The notes: a model not told the origin generated them from the letters alone. DNA of 64,000 bases from Spirochaetia bacterium (GCA_963675665.1 OY776510.1:384001-448000); one strand, 5' to 3'. Positions 10,714 to 20,227 are shown, counted from the stretch's first letter. Translations and numbers: made by a program.

Positions 10714-10778
10714 GTCGGCATTAAACTTCAACTCCTGATCCCCTGCGGTTTACCCGCTGATCCGTCAGTCTCAGGATG
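10703..10778 (-). ncRNA. ZMP/ZTP riboswitch (pfl RNA motif)
   Basis: Minus strand TCCTGA-GACTGACGGA..GCGG-GTAAA-CCGC-AGGGGA-TCAGGA, linker, then TGCCGACCGTCTGGGCA; GACGG/CCGTC pseudoknot; lies upstream of pflB. Confidence 0.92.
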
Positions 10779-10831
10779 TTTATATGATAACGGATAATAT
10801 TCTTTTAGTCCAGTTTCAATCCGGATGCTTC

Positions 10832-10864
10832 TTGATTTTTACAAATGGTATCATTATAATACCA
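10832..10864 (+). promoter_or_regulatory. Sigma70 promoter with overlapping TA operator
   Basis: TTGATT-17bp-TATAAT ending 6 nt before ATG 10867; palindrome TGGTAT-N7-ATACCA spans the -10. Confidence 0.75.
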
Positions 10865-10866
10865 GT

Positions 10867-11097
10867 ATGAGTTCAATACACATTCGAAACATTGATGAAA
10901 AAACACTATCATCGCTGAAAAACCTCGCCGCCCGGCATCACAGGTCCCTGCAGGGAGAGCTGCATTTCATCCTGGATAGAGCAGCAGAACTGGATATTGA
11001 AGAAGATTCCGATGAGGAGCTGAATCTGATAACAGTCAATTCAGGACTTGATTCTTCATGGAGCAGAGAGGACATATATGACAATAACAGCAGGTGA
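10867..11097 (+). CDS. Antitoxin, FitA/Arc-like ribbon-helix-helix
   Basis: MSSIHIRNIDEKTLSSLKNLAARHHRSLQGELHFIL; acidic tail ending WSREDIYD; overlaps the PIN gene. Confidence 0.85.
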   Translation: MSSIHIRNIDEKTLSSLKNLAARHHRSLQGELHFILDRAAELDIEEDSDEELNLITVNSGLDSSWSREDIYDNNSR

Positions 11098-11545
11098 GCT
11101 GATATTCATTGATACGAATATCCTTCTTTCAGCCACAGACAGCTCAAGAAAAAACCATGACGAGGCAAGAAAGCTGCTGAGGGTTATACCGGAAGCGGGA
11201 TTCAATCCTATATTCTGCGGACAGGTTATCAGGGAATATCTTGTTGTTGCTACCCGCCCCGTCGAAGCAAACGGCTTCGGCATGTCTGCAGGAGATGCCA
11301 TCCATAATATTAAACAATTTCAAAAAAGAATTGTTGTCTATGAAGAAAAACGCTCTTCAACTGAAATTCTGCAGCATCTGGTAATAAAACATCAGCTGAA
11401 CGGAAAACGAATACATGATGCAAACATCGCGGCGGTGATGATTACAAACGGAATCAAATACATCCTAACCGATAATCCTTCGGATTTCAGCTGTTTTGAG
11501 GATATAACAGCCGTCAGCTGCATGGAGGCAGTCAAAATCTTTTAG
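11078..11545 (+). CDS. PIN-domain toxin (VapC family)
   Basis: FIDTNILL, VIREYL, IHDANIAA, LTDNPSDF acidic PIN motifs. Confidence 0.9.
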   Translation: MTITAGELIFIDTNILLSATDSSRKNHDEARKLLRVIPEAGFNPIFCGQVIREYLVVATRPVEANGFGMSAGDAIHNIKQFQKRIVVYEEKRSSTEILQHLVIKHQLNGKRIHDANIAAVMITNGIKYILTDNPSDFSCFEDITAVSCMEAVKIF

Positions 11546-11565
11546 TAGTATAAATATTACCTGAC

Positions 11566-11961
11566 TTATTCATCCTTACAGCAGTTGTCCAGAAGAATAT
11601 TCAGCGCCCCGATTGATATCGTAATCTCATAGATTGAAAGCCCCAGCGACAACAGCAGAAGGGCCAGGCTGGCTCCGAAAATAATTTCTCCTGCAAAGGT
11701 CAGCCCAAGGAAGATAAGCAGCATTGTTAGAACGCAGCAAAAAAAGCTCAGGACCCCGAGTATCTGCATATTTTTTATAATATTGATTCGCTTTCTGAGA
11801 TTGGATATCTGATCTGAAAACAGGCTGCTTCTGTTCTCTTCATACCTGGAATACAGGTCCCTAATCAGTCCCGCAAGAGTCAGATACCTGTTGGTATATG
11901 CAAGAAGCAGCAAAGATATTGCCGGAAAGAGGAGCGCCGGCGTGGTTAAAGTGAAGTTCAT
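11566..11961 (-). CDS. DUF2721-like membrane protein
   Basis: MNFTLTTPALLFPAISLLLLAYTNRYL N-terminus; about three hydrophobic segments. Confidence 0.75.
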   Translation of the reverse strand: MNFTLTTPALLFPAISLLLLAYTNRYLTLAGLIRDLYSRYEENRSSLFSDQISNLRKRINIIKNMQILGVLSFFCCVLTMLLIFLGLTFAGEIIFGASLALLLLSLGLSIYEITISIGALNILLDNCCKDE

Positions 11962-11964
11962 AAA

Positions 11965-13269
11965 CTACTCCACAACCCTGTAGATGAGCGGCAGTTTTTC
12001 CGGTGCTTTTCCACTGATTTTTACAGCCGCTTTAAAGCGACTTACAGCTTCACCAAGATTTTTTTCATCATTTACATGGAATACTGCTGTTTCTTCTCCT
12101 GCCGAAACCTTGTCGCCCAGCCTTTTTTTCATCCACAACCCCACCGCCGGATCTATCACATCGGATTTTGTCTGCCGTCCGGCGCCCAGCAGCATTGCCG
12201 ATATGCCGATCTCGGTATTATCCATTTCTGAAATCCATCCGTCCGCATCGGCCTTTACCGGTACAAGCTTTTCCGCCTGCGGCAGTTTTAAAACATCCCT
12301 GCAGACTGCCTCATCTCCACCCTGCGCCTTTATCATCTTCGACAGCGCTTCAAGCGCAGCGCCACTTTCAAGAGCCTTCGTCAGCATAGACATGGCGTCT
12401 ACCTCGGTTTCGGCAATATCCGCAAACCTCAACATCCAGGCCGATAGCGCGAATGCCACATCCTTCAGGTCTCCGGGATGCCCGCCGCGCAGTATTTCAA
12501 TCGCTTCCTGTACTTCAAGCGCATTGCCGACGGCATTGCCGAGCGGCTGGTTCATATCGGTCACAAGAGCCACCGTTCTGCGGCCGGCAAGTTTTCCGAT
12601 ATCGACCATGGCGCGGGCAAGTTCATATGATTCTTCAGCGGTTTTCATAAACGCGCCGCTGCCTGTTTTAACATCAAGAACAATGGCGTCAGCACCGGAT
12701 GCGATCTTTTTGCTCATAATGCTCGCCGCGATGAGCGACATATTATCAACTGTTACTGTTACGTCACGCAGCGCATACAGCTTTTTATCGGCCGGCACAA
12801 GGTTGCCGGTCTGTCCAATTACCGACAAACCGATTGAGTTGACGAGGTCCTGAAACGCATTCATCGTCTGTTCAATCGAAAGCCCCGGAATCGATTCGAG
12901 CTTGTCGAGGGTTCCTCCGGTGTGCCCAAGTCCCCTTCCCGACATCTTTGCCACCCTTCCGCCGCATGCGGCTACCAGGGGCGCCGCCACAAGGGTCGTG
13001 GTATCGGCGACACCGCCGGTTGAATGTTTGTCGACCTTTATACCCTTGATGCCGGACAGATCAATCGTATCGCCGGAGGCAACCATTGAAAGGGTCAAAT
13101 CAGTTGTTTCCTGCGGGTCCATCCCGTTAAACCAGATTGCCATCAGCAAAGCCGAAGCCTGGTAATCGGGAATGCTTCCGTCTACATAACCTTTTATAAA
13201 AAAATCAATTTCTTCCTTATCGAGCGCTTCTCCGCTCCTTTTTTTCAGGATTATATCGGTAACGTGCAT
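11965..13269 (-). CDS. pdp: Pyrimidine-nucleoside (thymidine) phosphorylase
   Basis: DKHSTGGV, KMSGRGLGHTGGTLDKLESIPG, SIMSKKIA, DVKTGSGAFM; start ATG 13269 after AGGAGG. Confidence 0.95.
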   Translation of the reverse strand: MHVTDIILKKRSGEALDKEEIDFFIKGYVDGSIPDYQASALLMAIWFNGMDPQETTDLTLSMVASGDTIDLSGIKGIKVDKHSTGGVADTTTLVAAPLVAACGGRVAKMSGRGLGHTGGTLDKLESIPGLSIEQTMNAFQDLVNSIGLSVIGQTGNLVPADKKLYALRDVTVTVDNMSLIAASIMSKKIASGADAIVLDVKTGSGAFMKTAEESYELARAMVDIGKLAGRRTVALVTDMNQPLGNAVGNALEVQEAIEILRGGHPGDLKDVAFALSAWMLRFADIAETEVDAMSMLTKALESGAALEALSKMIKAQGGDEAVCRDVLKLPQAEKLVPVKADADGWISEMDNTEIGISAMLLGAGRQTKSDVIDPAVGLWMKKRLGDKVSAGEETAVFHVNDEKNLGEAVSRFKAAVKISGKAPEKLPLIYRVVE

Positions 13270-13343
13270 AGGGCCCTCCTGCATTGTTTCAGTATAATCC
13301 ATATCGGCTGCAAGATCGAATCTTATCATTATTTTTGGAAGTT

Positions 13344-14099
13344 TCAGTTGTCAAGCCTGATCTTTACCGATGAGACAATCTCCAATGCCGATGTTAAACC
13401 GTCCAGCTCATTTACAAGATCACCGTCACTTCCGTCCGCCGAACTCCTGCCTATAAGCTTCAACTCAACAGCGCCGGAATCGATTTCGGACGGGACAAAT
13501 TCAGCCGCATAAACAACCGCGGGTTGACCGCTGCCGTATTCACCTCCGGACCAGTTAGACGCTCTCGGAACTGCATCTGCAGGCCAGTTTTCATTGAAAT
13601 CGGTGGAATGATTAAATTCCGCGACTATCCTTACAGGAATGTTTTCGTCCGCCTGAGCCGGATTATAATAGACAGTTGAGCTTTTTGTTGCCGTTGCGGA
13701 AGTTACAGAATCGGGCAACGGCTCGTTACCACTCGGTAACATCAGGCCGTCGGAATAGCTGATACCTCTTCGAAACATCCAGTACGGCAACGCCTCTACG
13801 CGCCTGTTGCCTCCGTTAAAAATCCATTTCTCTTTTGCTATCTTTTCACTGACAACAACTGTATCAAGGTAGTTGCCGTCAAGATCTTCAATCCAGACTG
13901 CATACTGCGGAGGGTTTTTGGAATGGAATCCCGCAAAAAGCCGAAAGTCGTGAAGCCAGGCCTCACCGGCTTCTATTTCAATCATATATTTCCCTTCAGG
14001 AACACTTATAAGATCCCTGTTCCCGGCACAACTGCCTGCCAGCAGGCTGAAGATTGCCGTATTTACCAGCAATACCAAAATTAATTTCCTATTTTTCAT
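13344..14099 (-). CDS. Putative lipoprotein (DUF2271-like)
   Basis: Lipobox-like LAGSC; PQYAVWIED..G.Y..T, LPYW, DSVTSAT motifs. Confidence 0.6.
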   Translation of the reverse strand: MKNRKLILVLLVNTAIFSLLAGSCAGNRDLISVPEGKYMIEIEAGEAWLHDFRLFAGFHSKNPPQYAVWIEDLDGNYLDTVVVSEKIAKEKWIFNGGNRRVEALPYWMFRRGISYSDGLMLPSGNEPLPDSVTSATATKSSTVYYNPAQADENIPVRIVAEFNHSTDFNENWPADAVPRASNWSGGEYGSGQPAVVYAAEFVPSEIDSGAVELKLIGRSSADGSDGDLVNELDGLTSALEIVSSVKIRLDN

Positions 14100-14739
14100 T
14101 ATTGTCCTCCATTGTTCTGAAAATCATTTCCATCAGTTCTGTCCTGAAAATCATTTCCATCAGTTCCCCTACCGATTTTTTTATTCTGGACCACCCTTCT
14201 TCCGTTTCAAGACTGACTCCGTTGTACACCGGAGCATAATCCGCCTGTAAAGCCAGATAATATATTCCGGAGGTAATTACAGCTATGGTTGCGTGAATAT
14301 CTATTTCGGTAGAAGTTCCTTCGGCAAGAGCATTCGTCAGCATCAACCCCTGCTCTTCCGCTTTTTCCATTATCTTTTTACAGATCTTGTTTCCGGAAGA
14401 TATCTGCCATCTCAATAATTCTCTCATAACAGCAGAACTTCGGATTTCGTCAATCTGATCAGTTAAAACCGAAATCGCCGTTTCCCTTTTTTGTTGCAGA
14501 CTCATACGGTTCTTCAGTAATTCATCCATACCGCCTACCTTCTTAATCCAGTAGTTGTTATCTTCAGCCCAGCGCTGTATCAGGCCGTCAAAATCTCCGA
14601 AATAGCGGTAGATAAGCATCTTTGAGCATCCGGCTTTCTCAGCCACCCTGTTCACCCCTATCCCGGAAATTCCCGATTCAACCATCACGGAAGTAACGGC
14701 GTCAATCAGTCTTTGTTCAGTCTCGGTTCTGTTTTTCAT
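14089..14739 (-). CDS. TetR/AcrR family transcriptional regulator
   Basis: N-terminal HTH GVNRVAEKAGCSKMLIYRYFG. Confidence 0.92.
   Translation of the reverse strand: MKNRTETEQRLIDAVTSVMVESGISGIGVNRVAEKAGCSKMLIYRYFGDFDGLIQRWAEDNNYWIKKVGGMDELLKNRMSLQQKRETAISVLTDQIDEIRSSAVMRELLRWQISSGNKICKKIMEKAEEQGLMLTNALAEGTSTEIDIHATIAVITSGIYYLALQADYAPVYNGVSLETEEGWSRIKKSVGELMEMIFRTELMEMIFRTMEDNNEK
14113..14166. repeat. 27-bp in-frame tandem duplication in TetR 3' end
   Basis: TGT(T/C)CTGAAAATCATTTCCATCAGTTC twice, encoding ELMEMIFRT twice. Confidence 0.9.
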
Positions 14740-14750
14740 GGATCTCCTCC

Positions 14751-14791
14751 GGTAACAGGCTCATGTTACCATTCGGTAACATTAATGTCAA
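14751..14791 (-). promoter_or_regulatory. TetR promoter and autoregulatory operator
   Basis: TTGACA-17bp-TAACAT on minus strand; palindrome ATGTTACC-N4-GGTAACAT (14763-14782) plus extra half-site GGTAACA. Confidence 0.75.
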
Positions 14792-14839
14792 CTGAAAAGC
14801 GAATAATGATGGAAAAGATTTAGAGTTAACAGGATTTAT

Positions 14840-15988
14840 TCAGCTGAACAGCTCAAGCTGTTCAAAATTTACGGGCCGGCGGTTGTCTTCAAGCGTCCGT
14901 GTAATATATTCGATATCAAGATGCAGCTCTTCTGAAAGACGTTTCAGCTGGTCCTCGGCCAGCAGATTTTCTTCGGCAAACAGGTAGATCAGAGCCTTCT
15001 CGGCTATACACGGAACATTAAGCGAATTCATACAGATAGGCTGGGCAGGTTCCGTATCAATGAAAGCCTCTTTCAAAACCTGATACAGCCGGGAACGCTC
15101 CATTTCATTCTTAATTGAAAACAGCTCCTGCTTCAGCGGATCAATATCACCCCGCGAGGCTGCCTGCCCAAGGGGTTTTAGCACAAGAAAGGTATAATCC
15201 TTGCCCGGCAGGTAATGGTGTTCATCACAACGCGTACAGTAATTCGGCTCAAGCGGGTTTTCCTTTACCGAATCACCGCCTATTACGATAAGCGGATCGA
15301 AATAAAGCGCCGGACATTCTTTTCCGTCAACAAGATAATAGCGGTATGTATAAAATGAATCTGCAATGCAGTCGTCATGTTCACAGTAGGCCGTCAGGGT
15401 AAAAACATCGGTTGAAACGCCGAGCAGAAACCTGGCTGCAGCATTGAAAATATCACGTCTGAAGTTCAAAATAAGAGTGGGAAAGATGAAATTCATACCG
15501 TACTGCTCGGAATAGCGGTTTACGACGTAGGCTATACGTTCGTCGTAGAAAGATGCTTCATCTATTATCCAGGTGCCTGTTTCGAGATGCTTTTCAATAA
15601 GCGCCTCAAGTTCAAAAGAGTCCCGGATTGCCGCGATGCTGCCTCCGCAGCGCTCATAGCCCCCTCGGTATGCAAGAGCATCTTCCGGGTAATCGGGAAA
15701 ACGTCCGGAATCAAGCGATGAACGGACAAAAAAGACACGGCGCCGGTCCGCTCCGGCAGTGGTCGTCAGTTCTGCTACTTCCTCGGATTTCATAAGCGCA
15801 ACACGTGAATCACGCCAGACACGGGAGGAAAATTCCGTTTTCCCTGATCCCATCGGACCTATAACCAGAATCCGTCGGGATGGGCGTGTGAAATCATGGT
15901 GATTGTTCGAATTATGAACATTAACAACCGGAAAGCCTAGGCTCTTTAAAAAACGTTCGGTTTCCGGGTTCCGTTTCGATTCAACCAA
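14840..15988 (-). CDS. tdk: Thymidine kinase (long spirochaete-type)
   Basis: VIGPMGSGKT P-loop, IIDEASF Walker B, LTAYC..C and YCTRCDEH zinc ligands. Confidence 0.85.
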   Translation of the reverse strand: MVESKRNPETERFLKSLGFPVVNVHNSNNHHDFTRPSRRILVIGPMGSGKTEFSSRVWRDSRVALMKSEEVAELTTTAGADRRRVFFVRSSLDSGRFPDYPEDALAYRGGYERCGGSIAAIRDSFELEALIEKHLETGTWIIDEASFYDERIAYVVNRYSEQYGMNFIFPTLILNFRRDIFNAAARFLLGVSTDVFTLTAYCEHDDCIADSFYTYRYYLVDGKECPALYFDPLIVIGGDSVKENPLEPNYCTRCDEHHYLPGKDYTFLVLKPLGQAASRGDIDPLKQELFSIKNEMERSRLYQVLKEAFIDTEPAQPICMNSLNVPCIAEKALIYLFAEENLLAEDQLKRLSEELHLDIEYITRTLEDNRRPVNFEQLELFS

Positions 15989-16859
15989 TTTCTACTCCGT
16001 TATACCCTTTCAAAAAATCTATCAGAACCCTGTCGCGATCGCCGGATTCCGCATAGTCATTTATAAATTTATCATACCATATTCTAACATGTTTACGGAC
16101 TTTATCTACTTCTTTAATTCCCTTGGCGTCATCAACAAACATCTCATCGATAAAACGATCAGCCCATTCTTTCCGAAAGCTTTCAAAAAGAACTGAATTC
16201 ATATAGTAGCCGGCGGGGATGCAGTTTACGCTGTGCTGCTTAACCAGAAGCACCGATTCAATAATCTCAAGGGCGTTTTTAAAAACCCAGCCGGTTTCAG
16301 CGGTGAAATCTGCCGGATTATCAGCGTGTTTTTCAATAAGCTCGCAGGCTATAAAAGCGGTATAGGCGCATACCATGACGTGAAGACTCGGAACACAGTG
16401 CAGATGCGGGTCAAAAGCATGGATGACAATAAAATGAAAATTAGCAGTTACTGGCGGCCGGCTTGTAGTCGACTGGCACCTTTTGTATACATCCCCGGCG
16501 GCGTTGTACATCAACGCCATATCATTAACAAAAGCAGCTACGTCTAAAACAGCCTTTCTTCCGAACGTTTTAAGAAGCCACCCGGCGGTCTGCATCCAGA
16601 AAACGGTAAATGTATTATAAAGCCCCACCCATGAAGGATCAAAAGGAATATTCCGGTCCAGCTGATGATCAACATTAACAACAGGCCTTGTTTTGGGAAA
16701 AAGAACCGTCTGTATCTGCAGAAAAAAGAATTTTGTAAAAATAGCGGCTAAAGTTTTGCCGAGCCCTGCCAGTATTCGGGGCATGAATAAAGCGGATATC
16801 CATAAAAAAACCGGAGTAGTTTTCAGTATTCCATTTTTATTCTGGTTTCTTTTTTTCAT
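15981..16859 (-). CDS. Hypothetical protein with PAP2-like motifs
   Basis: RP..., HCVPSLHV, LLVKQHSVNC; overlaps tdk start. Confidence 0.6.
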   Translation of the reverse strand: MKKRNQNKNGILKTTPVFLWISALFMPRILAGLGKTLAAIFTKFFFLQIQTVLFPKTRPVVNVDHQLDRNIPFDPSWVGLYNTFTVFWMQTAGWLLKTFGRKAVLDVAAFVNDMALMYNAAGDVYKRCQSTTSRPPVTANFHFIVIHAFDPHLHCVPSLHVMVCAYTAFIACELIEKHADNPADFTAETGWVFKNALEIIESVLLVKQHSVNCIPAGYYMNSVLFESFRKEWADRFIDEMFVDDAKGIKEVDKVRKHVRIWYDKFINDYAESGDRDRVLIDFLKGYNGVEIG

Positions 16860-16947
16860 TCCATCAGATTTATAGCCCGCAACCGGTAAAAAATCAAGGC
16901 TTTTTGATCCATTGACTATACGCCGGGCAATTGTTATTTTCTAATTC

Positions 16948-17889
16948 ATGATAGCAGAGAAACTTACTGAACCCGTCTTCTGGGTGCTTGCAGCCACAGC
17001 CATTCTTAATATAATGCAAAGAAGACACCATAAACACTGTGTTAAGAAGAGAACCTCCACCCTTATATGGGCTGTAATGGTGTTCGCTTTTTATGTAATT
17101 GTAATAGTAGTCGCTTCGAACGAAAAGATATCGGACTATTTTCTCATCGCCGGTGTAGCCGGTGTGGGAATAGCGCTATATTTTCTTCGTGAAAAAGCAT
17201 TGCCGTACAAGATCAAATGTACATCCTGCGGGGAAAGAATGAACTTCGACAGGATCCTGTACTACGATTCGAATATGTGCGAGAAATGCGATCCTCCCGT
17301 TGAAGAGGAAGAACCGAAACCCGGTTTCCTTTCGAAATTCATGAAGCCGCCCGAAGCTCCCGAACCGGAACCGGAAGAACCGGTTGTCGTTCCCGATACC
17401 GTCGATGAGGTTGACTGGGACAGCTGGAAATTCACCGAACAGGCAGTGATTTGTTATATCAAGGATCCTGGCAAAAACCAGGTTCTGCTAATCAACAAAA
17501 AAACCGGCCTGGGCGCGGGCAAGGTAAATGCCCCCGGCGGAAGAATTGAACCCGGTGAAATGCCTCTTGAAGCGGTTGTCCGTGAATGTCAGGAAGAAGT
17601 AGGCCTTACCCCGACAGATCCTGTTCATATCGGAGATCTCTATTTCATATTCAAAAACGGCCATTCGCTTCGCGGCTTTGTATATACCGCCGAGGCCTTC
17701 GAGGGAGAATTGATCGAAACGGATGAAGCCGAGCCGTTCTGGTGTGAGATGGACAGAATACCGTACGATAAAATGTGGGCAGACGATGAATTGTGGCTTG
17801 AAAAAGCCCTCAGCGGAGTCAGCATCAGCGGACGTTTCATCTTTGATGAAGACGAAATGCTCAGCGATGACGTTAAGATTGAAGAATAA
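16948..17889 (+). CDS. Membrane-anchored NUDIX hydrolase (8-oxo-dGTPase-like) with zinc ribbon
   Basis: Three hydrophobic segments, CTSC/CEKC, Pro/Glu linker, Nudix box GGRIEPGEMPLEAVVRECQEEVGL, PYDKMWADD. Confidence 0.85.
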   Translation: MIAEKLTEPVFWVLAATAILNIMQRRHHKHCVKKRTSTLIWAVMVFAFYVIVIVVASNEKISDYFLIAGVAGVGIALYFLREKALPYKIKCTSCGERMNFDRILYYDSNMCEKCDPPVEEEEPKPGFLSKFMKPPEAPEPEPEEPVVVPDTVDEVDWDSWKFTEQAVICYIKDPGKNQVLLINKKTGLGAGKVNAPGGRIEPGEMPLEAVVRECQEEVGLTPTDPVHIGDLYFIFKNGHSLRGFVYTAEAFEGELIETDEAEPFWCEMDRIPYDKMWADDELWLEKALSGVSISGRFIFDEDEMLSDDVKIEE

Positions 17890-17912
17890 CATGCAACATT
17901 GCAGGAGAAGAA

Positions 17913-19085
17913 ATGTACTGTATTAAAACTCTGAATAAAATTTCCAAAAAAGGCCTGAATCTTTTTGATTACAGCAAGTATTCCGTTGACGGTACCGAAG
18001 ATTTCACAGACGCAATAATTTTACGCAGCTTTAAAATGCACGATATGGAAATACCCGCAGGGTTGAAAACGGTTGCGCGTGCCGGGGCAGGCACCAATAA
18101 TATTCCGGTATCTGATTATACCGAAAAAGGTATTGTAGTTTTCAATACCCCCGGGGCAAACGCCAACAGCGTCAAGGAACTGGTTCTGATGAGCCTTTTC
18201 ATATCTTCCCGCAAGATCATCCGCGGCGTTTCCTGGGCCAATGAGCTACTCGGCAAGGGCGAGGAAGTTCCAAAACTTATTGAAAAGGGCAAATCCAATT
18301 TCAGCGGCAGCGAAATCAAAGGGAAAACACTGGGGGTTATCGGACTTGGGGCGATAGGCGTAATGGTTGCAAATGATGCTATCGCTCTGGGAATGAACGT
18401 AATCGGGTATGATCCCTATATTTCAATTGACGCGGCCTGGGGACTTTCACGACAGGTGAAAAAATCCGAAAATCTGGAATCTCTTCTTTCCAAATGTGAT
18501 TACCTTACAATGCACATGCCCCTGAACGATTCGACAATAGATTTTCTTAACGATGATACTCTTGCAATGATGAAAAAGGGCGTTAAAATTCTTAACTTTT
18601 CGCGCGGAGGGCTGGTCGACAATAAAGCAATAAAACGGGCCATCGACAACGGGACTGTAGATCGTTACGTTACTGACTTTCCCGAAGAAGAACTGCTCGG
18701 TATTGAAAATGTAATCCCGATTCCCCATCTTGGAGCATCTACACCTGAAGCCGAGGAAAACTGTGCCGTAATGGCTGTCAACCAGTTGATGGACTTTCTT
18801 GAAACCGGAAACATTAAAAATTCCGTGAATTTCCCTGACTGCCGGATGGATATGAACGGAGAAACCAGGATAACAATAGGGAACCGCAATGTACCCAACA
18901 TGGTAGGCCAGATATCTTCGGTACTTGCCGATGCGGGCCTTAATATTGCCAATATGATTAATCGCAATAAAGGTAATTATGCCTACAATATAATCGATAT
19001 CGACGGGAAGGTTCAGGAGAACGTTATTAAAAAAATTGAAGATATCGACGGTGTTATTTTTACCAGAATAATAAACGGAAAATAG
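17913..19085 (+). CDS. serA: D-3-phosphoglycerate dehydrogenase with C-terminal ACT domain
   Basis: ARAGAGTNNI, NTPGANANSV, GLGAIG, PHLGAST, NVPNMVGQI. Confidence 0.9.
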   Translation: MYCIKTLNKISKKGLNLFDYSKYSVDGTEDFTDAIILRSFKMHDMEIPAGLKTVARAGAGTNNIPVSDYTEKGIVVFNTPGANANSVKELVLMSLFISSRKIIRGVSWANELLGKGEEVPKLIEKGKSNFSGSEIKGKTLGVIGLGAIGVMVANDAIALGMNVIGYDPYISIDAAWGLSRQVKKSENLESLLSKCDYLTMHMPLNDSTIDFLNDDTLAMMKKGVKILNFSRGGLVDNKAIKRAIDNGTVDRYVTDFPEEELLGIENVIPIPHLGASTPEAEENCAVMAVNQLMDFLETGNIKNSVNFPDCRMDMNGETRITIGNRNVPNMVGQISSVLADAGLNIANMINRNKGNYAYNIIDIDGKVQENVIKKIEDIDGVIFTRIINGK

Positions 19086-19100
19086 ACAAGGGGAGGATAA

Positions 19101-20174
19101 ATGCTGAAAAGAAAAAATACAGCCGTCCTGTTGGTTGTTCTTTCATTTTTTATTATTTCCTGCGCCGCCGCTGATAAGGGAAAAACATCAGTTGCGACAG
19201 AAAAAACAACCAAAACAGAAAAGGAGGCGCAAATGGCGCTTAACGACGGTCTTTATGCTGAAATGAAAACAAGCAGAGGAACTATTTTGCTTGAACTGGA
19301 GTTTGAGAAAACCCCGATGACGGTAACAAACTTTGTGGGTCTGGCTGAAGGCACTATCAAAAACTCAAAGGGCGACGGGCCTTTTTACGACGGACTTAAA
19401 TTTCACAGGGTTATAGACAACTTTATGATTCAGGGCGGATGCCCACTTGGAACAGGGACCGGCGATCCCGGCTATAAATTTCCGGACGAATTTGATCCCA
19501 GTCTTAAACATACCGGACCCGGAATTCTGTCCATGGCAAACAGCGGCCCCGGCACCAACGGAAGCCAGTTTTTTATTACACACGTAAAAACCGACTGGCT
19601 TGACGGAAAACACACAGTCTTCGGCCATGTTGTTGAAGGTCAGGATGTAGTCAATTCAATCAAACAGGGCGACACAATAGAGAAAATCACTATTATCAGG
19701 CAGGGCGCCGGGGCAGAAGCGTTCAAGGCGGATCAGGAGTCTTTCAACGCTCTTGTGGCTGAATATGCCGCGAAAGCAAAAGCAGCGCTTGATGCCGAAC
19801 GCAAGGCTGAACTCGATCTGATAAAATCAAACTGGCCCAATGCCGTTGAAACCGATTCCGGGCTGCGTTACATTGTTGAAAAGGAAGGCGACGGGGGGAA
19901 AAGTCCTTCGATGGGGACTTCTGTTACAACACACTATACAGGCACCCTTCTTGACGGCACAAAATTCGACAGTTCCGTCGATCGCGGCGAGCCTGCAACC
20001 TTTAAAATAGGACAGGTTATCCAGGGTTGGAATGAAGCCCTTATGGATATGACCAAAGGTGAGAAACGGACCCTTATAATACCGCCCGAACTCGGATACG
20101 GCGAACGCGGTTATCCCGGAGTAATTCCTGCAAATGCATATCTTGTATTTGAGGTTGAACTGCTGGATTTTTAA
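19101..20174 (+). CDS. Peptidyl-prolyl isomerase, cyclophilin-FKBP fusion, with lipoprotein signal
   Basis: [30 protein letters not shown]; [26 protein letters not shown]; IISC lipobox. Confidence 0.93.
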   Translation: MLKRKNTAVLLVVLSFFIISCAAADKGKTSVATEKTTKTEKEAQMALNDGLYAEMKTSRGTILLELEFEKTPMTVTNFVGLAEGTIKNSKGDGPFYDGLKFHRVIDNFMIQGGCPLGTGTGDPGYKFPDEFDPSLKHTGPGILSMANSGPGTNGSQFFITHVKTDWLDGKHTVFGHVVEGQDVVNSIKQGDTIEKITIIRQGAGAEAFKADQESFNALVAEYAAKAKAALDAERKAELDLIKSNWPNAVETDSGLRYIVEKEGDGGKSPSMGTSVTTHYTGTLLDGTKFDSSVDRGEPATFKIGQVIQGWNEALMDMTKGEKRTLIIPPELGYGERGYPGVIPANAYLVFEVELLDF

Positions 20175-20196
20175 TCAAACAATAACGGTATTTTTC

Positions 20197-20227
20197 AGGC
20201 TGCCTGTAAACAGGCAGCCTTTTTTTT
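20197..20227 (+). terminator. Rho-independent terminator
   Basis: AGGCTGCCTG-TAAA-CAGGCAGCCT followed by a T run. Confidence 0.9.

Noticed and set aside
11984-12853. 289-aa ORF antisense to pdp
   Set aside because: Ser/Ala-rich shadow frame of a conserved gene.
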